Sequence record: OM456492.1
Direction: 5' to 3' (one strand)
DNA length: 64,000 bases
Part shown: in pieces, positions 45,069-53,169 of the stretch
Position numbering within the stretch: position 1 is the first letter of the stretch
How the letters are laid out: every line of letters begins with the position of its first letter
Notes under the pieces: model-generated
The model's input: the letters and a program-made list of their open reading frames with translations, nothing else
Told to the model about the DNA's origin: nothing
Database searches by the model: none
Translations under genes and position numbers: made by a program

Positions 45069-45614
45069 TCATTGAACCATACGCTGCGCGTCGTAAGACG
45101 GTGCGAGGTTCACAACACGACCATGTAGAGTTTGCTCTGCTTCGTCTAACAGGTCATCACGTACGAGCGTCTGGCGAATATAGAGTGTTGCACGCACCCC
45201 TTCTGCATTATAAGGAGCGGTGACCATTTTGGTCTGGTAACCATCAATCGTCACCGGAACTCGCTCGCCGCTACGACGAACAAAATGCTCCAACTTACCG
45301 TAATCGTGACTGCAGACTTTAGACATGTCAGACAATCCCGCATCGATTAAGTATTTCCAAAGACCGATGATGGCTTCTGAGCAATGTTTGTTAAGTTCGC
45401 CTTCGACGACAAACTCGTACCCACCGTACGTTAGAATGTGCGTGCCTGCTGAACGACGGTCACATTCTAAAATGAACACGCCCAGACCAATCATAACTGG
45501 ACGTGGGATTGTCATGACACCGGTACTAAATTGCAGCGTAGTAACCTCATCCCAAAGGGGTGATGATTTATCGTTACTTACGCTGATAATATCTTTAAGA
45601 TTGACACGTTTCAT
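45069..45614 (-). CDS. Hypothetical protein
   Basis: 181 aa behind a conserved-leader variant. Confidence 0.85.
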   Translation of the reverse strand: MKRVNLKDIISVSNDKSSPLWDEVTTLQFSTGVMTIPRPVMIGLGVFILECDRRSAGTHILTYGGYEFVVEGELNKHCSEAIIGLWKYLIDAGLSDMSKVCSHDYGKLEHFVRRSGERVPVTIDGYQTKMVTAPYNAEGVRATLYIRQTLVRDDLLDEAEQTLHGRVVNLAPSYDAQRMVQ

Positions 45615-45618
45615 TATA

Positions 45619-45645
45619 AATACTCCTTAAGATTAATGGTCGATT
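45619..45645 (-). promoter_or_regulatory. Conserved 27-nt leader variant
   Basis: Minus strand AATCGACCATTAATCTTAAGGAGTATT (2 mismatches to the 9297/37926 copies), immediately preceded by TATGT. Confidence 0.7.
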
Positions 45646-45672
45646 ACATACGGTTTCAGGCTAACGTAATAT

Positions 45673-46434
45673 TTACGCTGCTGGTTCTTCAGCGGTTTTC
45701 ACTTCAACTGGTTTCATCATAGAGTTCGCACAGTCGAAGATAGCATCCAGGAAACCACGGAACGGCTTCATGGCCTCACGCTGGGCGTTCTGACGTTCTT
45801 CTTCAGCTGCGACTTCTTGCGCCTGAATTTCTTCAGCGGTCAGCTCCGGGTGTTCCGTCATACTTTCTGCCAGCGACATCACTTTCGGCTGCGCATTCCG
45901 AATCGGAATACGGCGGATGACCTTGGTGATGTTCCCGAGCTTCATCCCACCCAGCGCGGTTTCGAACAGTGTACCAAAATCCTGCAGTGGGTCTTCGCTG
46001 ACTTCCAGTACCGCCGGAGTCGCAACCAGACCAAAGGCAATGACCAGTTCAACAGCAGTGTCGGTGACGTGCACAGCGAACGGGGTTTCTTCCATCTGCA
46101 GGTAAGTGTTACCATTATAGGTCACCGGAATGAATTTGATTTCTTCCCCTTTCTTCAGTCGCAGTGTATCGACTGCGGCTTTGTACTGAACTTCGTACAG
46201 TTCCGGTTTAACACCGTCAACGTTATCCAGTGTAAAGAGCAGGTCGCCAACCGCCATACGACGCGGAAGTTTGCGTTTGTTGATTTCGCGCAGCCAGACT
46301 TGTAAGCCTGTGAATTGAATTGGGGACAGTATGATTTTAAAGCCGTTGGTTGCTTGCAGGGTAGCACCGTCGTCTTCGTTACGTTCGATAGAGCCATTAG
46401 CCAGAGTGAGCAGATTGATAGTTTTCATTTTCAT
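45673..46434 (-). CDS. Hypothetical early protein, high-expression codon usage
   Basis: 253 aa directly downstream of a class A promoter. Confidence 0.88.
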   Translation of the reverse strand: MKMKTINLLTLANGSIERNEDDGATLQATNGFKIILSPIQFTGLQVWLREINKRKLPRRMAVGDLLFTLDNVDGVKPELYEVQYKAAVDTLRLKKGEEIKFIPVTYNGNTYLQMEETPFAVHVTDTAVELVIAFGLVATPAVLEVSEDPLQDFGTLFETALGGMKLGNITKVIRRIPIRNAQPKVMSLAESMTEHPELTAEEIQAQEVAAEEERQNAQREAMKPFRGFLDAIFDCANSMMKPVEVKTAEEPAA

Positions 46435-46476
46435 ATTCCTTAAGTGATAGTCGGTTAAAAGATTACCAATGCAATC

Positions 46477-46502
46477 TCACCTAGGTAATATATATCTGAA
46501 AT
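46477..46502 (-). promoter_or_regulatory. Class A early promoter
   Basis: Identical 26 bp to 37974-37999. Confidence 0.85.
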
Positions 46503-46535
46503 CTTTTCTAATCCGAGACAAAAAAAGAAAGGGTA

Positions 46536-46559
46536 AATCCCCCACCGAAGTGGGGGATT
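46536..46559 (-). terminator. Intrinsic terminator, cUUCGg loop
   Basis: AATCCCCCAC-CGAA-GTGGGGGATT plus T tract on the minus strand. Confidence 0.88.
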
Positions 46560-46570
46560 CGCCAGTCTAA

Positions 46571-47830
46571 TTACTTAGACTTTTCGTACGCACCGATACC
46601 GGCGCTGATGTAGCCGTTAACGCCGGCGATCAGGTTTTTCTGGCCAGTTGCAACGCAACGTTCGGTCCAGGAGATGTACTGGTTCGCAACGGTGATTGCA
46701 CGACGTGCAACGCGGACGTTGGAAGTCAGTTCAGCGTTGTCGTCGATCTTCACGCCGTCGATACGTTTCAGCAGCGCCTCAATAGCCCGCTCGTACGATT
46801 CTTGAGCCTGGTTATTTTTGTGGTACGCTTTCACGTTCTCTTCGACTGCTTTACCCAGCTGGTTGAAGAACGCAACCAGAGAAGACAGCGTCTGAGTAGA
46901 CGGAGTAGAAACAGATTTTTCTACGCTGCCTTCAGCATCGATAACGGTGAAGGAAGCTTCCAGGTCATCCCCGTTCACTTTCACGTCAGCTTTACCGATC
47001 TGGTTACCCAGCAGTTGAACTTCGCCCGCTTTGCCTGCAGTGGCTTTGTTAACCGCTGCTGCGAAGCCGCTGTTCAGTTTGCCGCCTTCAACTGCGCTGA
47101 CCATGCTGGTTGCAGCTTTGACCACTGCATCCTGCTCGCCGTAGATGCTGCCGATAGTAGACAGAACACCTTTCAGTGCATTGATGTCGTCACCAACAAA
47201 CTTACCACCGGTGGTCAGGTTCTTAATGAACCCACCGCTAACGGTGTCTTTCTTCTGCTTGCCCAGGCCACGCAGAGCCGCGTCATATTTCTTAGCGCGC
47301 GCCTGAATGGATTTACCCTGGTTGCTGAACTTGAGCCAGCGATCTTTGATTTTACGGCCTTGTTCTTTCAGCCAATCGAAGATACGTTGCAGGAACGCTT
47401 TGATGTCTTCCCACAGGCTTTCACGAGCAACCTGACGGCGTTTACGTGCGCCGTAAGATTCCTGCGCAACGCTTACGCGGTGATCGAATGCCCAACGTTT
47501 ACGGATAGATTCCTGCGCAACGTCCAGCTGCTCAGCAGCTTCGTCAGGCATATCTTCTTCCACTTCCATTGGCTCTTCGCCATCTTCGCCTTCGCCGTCA
47601 GCGGCGGCTTCAGCAGCATCAACTGCATCCAGCTGTGCATCAGTTTCGTCACCGTCTTCTGCCAGCACGTCTGCTTCTGCGTCCAGCTGGTCGATCGGTT
47701 TGGTGTCATGCTCGATGTCAGCCAGAGTACCTTCCACGGACTCAGCCGGCAGCTCGATGCCATCTGGAACGACAGTGCCTGCGCCTTCGACAGATTCACG
47801 AGCGAGTTTACTTTTTACAAAGTTAGCCAT
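46571..47830 (-). CDS. High-copy inner-head/ejection protein (SPN3US gp54-type)
   Basis: Acidic propeptide with ARE/AQE sites; paralog of 47908..49185; strong codon bias. Confidence 0.85.
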   Translation of the reverse strand: MANFVKSKLARESVEGAGTVVPDGIELPAESVEGTLADIEHDTKPIDQLDAEADVLAEDGDETDAQLDAVDAAEAAADGEGEDGEEPMEVEEDMPDEAAEQLDVAQESIRKRWAFDHRVSVAQESYGARKRRQVARESLWEDIKAFLQRIFDWLKEQGRKIKDRWLKFSNQGKSIQARAKKYDAALRGLGKQKKDTVSGGFIKNLTTGGKFVGDDINALKGVLSTIGSIYGEQDAVVKAATSMVSAVEGGKLNSGFAAAVNKATAGKAGEVQLLGNQIGKADVKVNGDDLEASFTVIDAEGSVEKSVSTPSTQTLSSLVAFFNQLGKAVEENVKAYHKNNQAQESYERAIEALLKRIDGVKIDDNAELTSNVRVARRAITVANQYISWTERCVATGQKNLIAGVNGYISAGIGAYEKSK

Positions 47831-47907
47831 CTTTTTCTATCCTCTAGGCGGTACGCCGTGTACCGCCATTAATGATTTGTCAACTGACGTTCAGTACGTA
47901 AAGCGGA

Positions 47908-49185
47908 TTAAGCTTTAGACTTTTCGTACGCGCCAATACCAGCGCCGATGTAGCCGTTCAGGCCGCTGATAACAGTGTTACCAACGTGAGCCACAGCACG
48001 GTTCAGAGTCTGGTAGTTACGCACAGCCTGGTCAGCTGCAGTGCGTGCATTACGCAGCGCTTCCCACTCGCCTTCGTCGTTGGATTTTTTCAGAGCGGCA
48101 GCAGCTTTGGCAGCAGACTCTTCCAGTTTCTCAACGTCAGCGTCGTAGCTGCGGAAGTCTTGCAGGACTTTCTCGAAGCCTTTACCGATAACGTCCAGGG
48201 CAGACGCAGCAGATGCCAGTGCAGAAATAGCCGGAGTAGCGATTTCTTTCGTTTCAGAAACGTCACCCGTCGACAGGAAGGCCACTGCGGTGAATTCCTG
48301 ACCGCCTGCCAGAGTTTTGGTGCCGGTCTGTACATAGGCGTTGCCTGGCAGTGCCAGAACTTTCTGACCGCCTTCGCCGTCTTCGAATTGCGGCAGTGCG
48401 CGCAGTTTCTTCGCAGCGGTACCAAACAGGGCAACGTCAACAGCGCCTTTAGCAGCGGTTGCGGTACCGTCTGAAGTTTTGGTGATCGCTACAGCAGAGT
48501 CAGCCGCCTGAGAGGACAGCTTGTTGATAGCATCTTTCGCTTTACCGCCGGTCAGCTCTTTCGCGATAGCGATAGAGTTGGCCACATCGAATTCACCTTC
48601 GATAGACAGTTTGCTAATAAAGCCACCAGAAATGTTTTCTTTCTTCTGTTTGCCGAGCTTACGCAGCATCTCCTGGTAAGCTTTCGCACGTTTCTGCGCG
48701 GACTTACCAACGTTGATGTACTTCAGTTTCAGCTCTTTCGCTTTCGCGATAACTGCTTTACACAGTTCAACGAAGCGTTCGAACAGATCTTTCAGGGTTT
48801 CTTTCCAGCCTTCCTGAGCAGCTTTGGTCATACCGCGACCACGACGATAGGATTCGCGTGCCAGTTTGGTACGATCGATAGCCCAGCGTTTACGGATAGA
48901 TTCCTGCGCCACTTCGGTGTGAGCGATGGCTTCTTCAGGCATCTCTTCACCGTTTTCGATTTTTTCGTCAGCAGCGTCGATAGCAGCTTCGGTACGCTCG
49001 GTATCAGCAGCCAGAGTTTCCTGGTCACCATCGAGCTGTTCCAGCTGACCGTCGATAGACGCAACTTCTGCCAGCTGAACGTCGATGTTCTCTTCTGCCG
49101 GTTCAACGTTGCTCAGACCGTCGATTACGTCGCCGGTAGCTTCAACGGACTCGCGGGCGAGTTTACTTTTTACAAAGTTTGCCAT
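47908..49185 (-). CDS. High-copy inner-head/ejection protein (SPN3US gp53-type)
   Basis: Same N-terminus (MANFVKSKLARESVE) and C-terminus (GIGAYEKSK) as its neighbour; ARE/AQE sites. Confidence 0.85.
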   Translation of the reverse strand: MANFVKSKLARESVEATGDVIDGLSNVEPAEENIDVQLAEVASIDGQLEQLDGDQETLAADTERTEAAIDAADEKIENGEEMPEEAIAHTEVAQESIRKRWAIDRTKLARESYRRGRGMTKAAQEGWKETLKDLFERFVELCKAVIAKAKELKLKYINVGKSAQKRAKAYQEMLRKLGKQKKENISGGFISKLSIEGEFDVANSIAIAKELTGGKAKDAINKLSSQAADSAVAITKTSDGTATAAKGAVDVALFGTAAKKLRALPQFEDGEGGQKVLALPGNAYVQTGTKTLAGGQEFTAVAFLSTGDVSETKEIATPAISALASAASALDVIGKGFEKVLQDFRSYDADVEKLEESAAKAAAALKKSNDEGEWEALRNARTAADQAVRNYQTLNRAVAHVGNTVISGLNGYIGAGIGAYEKSKA

Positions 49186-49241
49186 TTGTTTCGGTTCCTT
49201 TGGTTATAACCCAATTACACGCCCCTAAATAAGGGGCCCCC

Positions 49242-49799
49242 TTAGGGACGTGCGATTTTTAAAAACACTGCTAACGACGAGATCATATCGGATAACCCGT
49301 TCGGACGTGTCAACCAACGTGCCAGCAGTTCGTGGTCTGCATAAGATAATAGACGCCGGTCAGGCGTGTACGTCTGATGCGCAGTTCCCATCTGGCGAAC
49401 TTGCCCACTACGACCGTAAGCCGCAGCAAGAAGTCGTGAGCCCAGGGAACCGGTTCGCTCTACTTGCTTAGTAGAGTGGATATCGTTCATGTACGATACC
49501 AGAAGAACGGACCACTGTCCTGTTGACACTGTACGGCGTTTACCGTCAAGTATGAACGATGCAGTTTCGTTATAGAACGTATTAAACGTAAAACCGACCT
49601 GCGGATATTCGTCATATAATACTTGTTGGACAGAGTCAGCGCCCATCATGCGGAAATACGGCAGCACGACGGCTGCAGCTTCCAGGGTTTCATGTATCAG
49701 TTCGTCGTCATGAACCAGCACGGGGTTTTGGGTCAGTTTCGCCATGTAGTTTTTAATCAACTTCTCGGCGAGGTTAAAATTCTGGTCATTGTCAAACAT
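49242..49799 (-). CDS. Probable head protein
   Basis: 185 aa in the head-protein operon; SD GGAG. Confidence 0.65.
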   Translation of the reverse strand: MFDNDQNFNLAEKLIKNYMAKLTQNPVLVHDDELIHETLEAAAVVLPYFRMMGADSVQQVLYDEYPQVGFTFNTFYNETASFILDGKRRTVSTGQWSVLLVSYMNDIHSTKQVERTGSLGSRLLAAAYGRSGQVRQMGTAHQTYTPDRRLLSYADHELLARWLTRPNGLSDMISSLAVFLKIARP

Positions 49800-49822
49800 G
49801 AGACTCTCCTGATAATACGGCC

Positions 49823-50755
49823 TTAAACAAGACCGTATTTTTTCTCCAGACGTTCACGTTTGTACTTGAGTTCCATCAAGCGCTTTTCGTGCGCTTCGAT
49901 GAGTTTCTCAATGTGCACGTCCCCTTCACCGGCAGCCAGTTGTTTCTTGTACAACAGAATACGCAGTTCAGTCGCTTTCGCGGCTTCCACGCACTCGTCA
50001 TAACGATCCATTTGCCATTCTGCAATATTCAGACGCACGCGGTAGACGATCGACAGCGGGAACGGGACGGAGGACATACCCAGCGGGTCAGTGGTGTTCG
50101 AACCGAACTGCTGAACCAATTGGCTATATGTCTCTTCGTCAAACACCGCTTCGGGTATCTCAGCGTAGTCTGCTTTCAGTTTGGTAATGGGGGTTGCCAG
50201 GACGCGCACCGCAATACAGAAAGACGTCTTACGAGTTTGCAGATACTGAAGGTCTTTCGGACCGATTCCCTTCACTGCAATGTTCGAGTCTTGTACAGCG
50301 GCAATCTCTTCGGCCGTGATGTAGTTAATCAGGGTGCTAGCGTAACCGACGAAGAATTCGATCATATCCAGCAACTGCAACACGGTTTGTTTGTTGAACG
50401 TTAGAGATGATGTCACCAACGTCTTCCCGATGTCACGGTCGATACACTGCTCCAGGAAAGGTCGCAGCGCCTGTACGTTCTGCATAGACGCGATGACGTA
50501 CTCCAGCATACTTGCGTTACGTAACCCTTTAACTTCCAAACCGGAGCTATGCAGGTACTTAACGATTTCAGTAGAAAGGTCTGCAACAGGCTTCGCTTTA
50601 AATGGCTTACCCTGGATACTTCCTACCAGTTCCTGGAGGTTCTGGAACTGTGGCTCTAACGCAGCAATCGAGTCGCAGTTAGATGACAGTTGATTTTTTA
50701 AGTTGGTGGCTTCGAAGCTCGGCAGCAACATCGCCAACATATTCGGAATCGGCAT
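49823..50755 (-). CDS. Inner-head protein
   Basis: Helical protein in the head cluster; start moved to MPIPNML (SD GGGG). Confidence 0.7.
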   Translation of the reverse strand: MPIPNMLAMLLPSFEATNLKNQLSSNCDSIAALEPQFQNLQELVGSIQGKPFKAKPVADLSTEIVKYLHSSGLEVKGLRNASMLEYVIASMQNVQALRPFLEQCIDRDIGKTLVTSSLTFNKQTVLQLLDMIEFFVGYASTLINYITAEEIAAVQDSNIAVKGIGPKDLQYLQTRKTSFCIAVRVLATPITKLKADYAEIPEAVFDEETYSQLVQQFGSNTTDPLGMSSVPFPLSIVYRVRLNIAEWQMDRYDECVEAAKATELRILLYKKQLAAGEGDVHIEKLIEAHEKRLMELKYKRERLEKKYGLV

Positions 50756-50765
50756 TCTTTTCCCC

Positions 50766-51884
50766 TTACAGTACCGGATTCGCGCCAGCGCGATAGGCAT
50801 CGATGATTTTGTTTACATCGCCGCTACCGGACTTCGCCTTGCTAAAGTCTGATTTGTCGAGTTCCTGAGACCCGGTCTGACCACGCGTATAAATGGTTAC
50901 ACGGTTCCAGGTCTGGTCGACAACCACGTAGTAAACAGTCAGGGTGTCTTTGAACACACGCTGGCGGATATTGTAATCATCGAAGTCTCCGCCCAGTTGA
51001 GCAGTCAGATCATCGATAGTTTCTTGAGAAACCACCATAACCGAAGAGGCGTTGTTGATGGATGGGCTCAGCGTCAGCAGGCCAGACAGCCAGTTGGCGT
51101 TTTTCTTTTCCATCATCTTGCGGTAATAACCGGACTTATCACGGAAGCGGTTCTTACGGTATTCTTCGATGAGGTCATTACACAGCGCGATATCTTTCGC
51201 ATAGCTGAGAGAGCCTACCTTCGCACGCAGTACGCGTTCCCAGAATGTTTTGGTCTGATCGCTGAACGCAATCAGTGTCTTCATTTCATCGGTCGGCAGA
51301 GACTTCACATCAAGACGCAGACGCATCGGCAGCTCAACTTTATTACCGTCACGTTCGAAGGTAACAGAGAACACTTTACCGTTGGACAGGCCTTCTTGAT
51401 CATGCAGGAGCTTCAGCGTGTTGTTCGGCAGCACAGAACCTGCGGACGATTCAGTCGCTACTTTGTTATCGGATTTCTGGCGACGGGATTCACCGACCGC
51501 AAGCCCGATTTTATCGTATGACGGCAGCGTGTGACGGGAGGACTCGCCGATTGCGAAAGACGCTAAGCGAGAACCCGAACGTGCAGCCGCGTCGAGGGCA
51601 TTACGACGGGTGCTAACCTGGTCAAGCGTACCAAGGATATCAACCTCAGGAACACCTACCAGAATTGAGATGGCGGTAAGTTGGTTGCCCGCGAGCAGGA
51701 TTTGGATTTTCTCCAGAATACCTGGCAGGTAATCTAAGCCCAACAGACTTTGTTCAACCAGCGTGGTGTGCTCGTTGTACAGCACAGAGTTGAATTCTTC
51801 CGTCGATTCCGCCCGCTGGCGAAGCAGCATGGGAAACTTAGAAAGAAAGGAGACGAGCGATGTCTCAAATGTTTTTTCTGCCAT
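50766..51884 (-). CDS. Inner-head protein with processing sites
   Basis: AIGES, AVGES and VATES motifs clustered mid-protein. Confidence 0.7.
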   Translation of the reverse strand: MAEKTFETSLVSFLSKFPMLLRQRAESTEEFNSVLYNEHTTLVEQSLLGLDYLPGILEKIQILLAGNQLTAISILVGVPEVDILGTLDQVSTRRNALDAAARSGSRLASFAIGESSRHTLPSYDKIGLAVGESRRQKSDNKVATESSAGSVLPNNTLKLLHDQEGLSNGKVFSVTFERDGNKVELPMRLRLDVKSLPTDEMKTLIAFSDQTKTFWERVLRAKVGSLSYAKDIALCNDLIEEYRKNRFRDKSGYYRKMMEKKNANWLSGLLTLSPSINNASSVMVVSQETIDDLTAQLGGDFDDYNIRQRVFKDTLTVYYVVVDQTWNRVTIYTRGQTGSQELDKSDFSKAKSGSGDVNKIIDAYRAGANPVL

Positions 51885-51906
51885 TTTTAACTAAACTCCG
51901 GAGTTA

Positions 51907-53169
51907 ATGATGAGTAACGAGACCGATAAGAACGATCCGGGGTATGACCCGAATACCGACTACGACAATTCGTATCAAAACCCGAATAATATCGATGCAG
52001 TACCATCGGTCGCCGACTACTTTGACCGTCGACTGTCCGATGCGAAACCCACCACGGCGTACAACGTTAATGATGAGTTATCGGGTTGGAATGACCGTAT
52101 CCGTCTTACGTTAGGTTTGGGTCTGGCTGCGCAGCGTGTGACCAACCCCTACATGGGGTTCAACCATATGATGGCGTCGAACCCGACGCCTGTTAACCGT
52201 GAGTACGGTGGTCTAACCTTTATTACCCGCCCTGACTTCAACTTGTGCTTTGACAACATTGCCAACTCGCGCAAGATGTCGAACATGGCTTCTCAGCCGA
52301 AATCGTCACTCGACTATTCCATTCTGGCAGCGTTAGACCCAGATTTTGAATTGGGGTTCTCTGATTCACCGATGGAAGATGGGCGAAGAAAGAACCGTTT
52401 GGGCACGCCATTCATGAAGGACATTATGTTTGACAATCTTCAGGCATTCATACCATTGCTGAGTACACAGATGCTGAGCCTCTCGGGGATGCCTGACCAG
52501 TCTGTCGATAACTGGATGTCTGAAGAAGGTTTGATGCGCGAACAGTGGGGTATGGTTGACTCCACACATGAAATCAATAACCAGTACAGCATGTCGATGT
52601 CGCTGAACAACCCATACGGTAACCCAATCATGCGAATGATGGGTGTGTGGCTGGAGTATATGTCCGGCATTAAAATGGGTAAGTTCAAACCGAAGATGCG
52701 TAACTCCATCCAACGTCGCATTGACTACCAGTCAAGGATGTACGGGTTTAAATACGACGCACTCGGAAACATTACCCGTTTCTGGACAGCGTGTGTTTGT
52801 TGGCCGATGAACGATAACGCCGGTCAAATGGCGAACGTCGATAACACCAAGCCTCAATTAAATGACGACACCACAATTAACCTCAACTGGCAATGCATCG
52901 GCGCGCGCTTCGATGACCCATTGTACATGGAGATGTTCAACTTGACGGTGTCTATGTTTAACCCGGATATGATGCCGCAACCAGGGAGTGTTGCAGCGGG
53001 CAACTTTATTCCGATTGCCGAAGACCAGCTTGTGCCGATTGCACCACAGCTACTACCGCTGTTCAACTACTACGGCTATCCGCACATCGACTCCCTGCGT
53101 CGTAAGCTGACCTGGTATGTTTATCAGGCAGATTACCAATTCATCCTTAAACGAGCGGGCTTACTGTAA
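51907..53169 (+). CDS. Virion structural protein (tail/baseplate, tube-initiator-like)
   Basis: FIPLLSTQMLSLSGMPD motif; TAATG-coupled to the baseplate wedge gene; ATG at 51910 may be the true start. Confidence 0.65.
   Translation: MMSNETDKNDPGYDPNTDYDNSYQNPNNIDAVPSVADYFDRRLSDAKPTTAYNVNDELSGWNDRIRLTLGLGLAAQRVTNPYMGFNHMMASNPTPVNREYGGLTFITRPDFNLCFDNIANSRKMSNMASQPKSSLDYSILAALDPDFELGFSDSPMEDGRRKNRLGTPFMKDIMFDNLQAFIPLLSTQMLSLSGMPDQSVDNWMSEEGLMREQWGMVDSTHEINNQYSMSMSLNNPYGNPIMRMMGVWLEYMSGIKMGKFKPKMRNSIQRRIDYQSRMYGFKYDALGNITRFWTACVCWPMNDNAGQMANVDNTKPQLNDDTTINLNWQCIGARFDDPLYMEMFNLTVSMFNPDMMPQPGSVAAGNFIPIAEDQLVPIAPQLLPLFNYYGYPHIDSLRRKLTWYVYQADYQFILKRAGLL

Noticed and set aside
46802-47872. 356-aa plus-strand ORF antisense to the gp54-type gene, and similar shadows at 26914, 38381, 45817, 49889 and 50997
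   Set aside because: Same-register shadow ORFs caused by codon bias of the real minus-strand genes.
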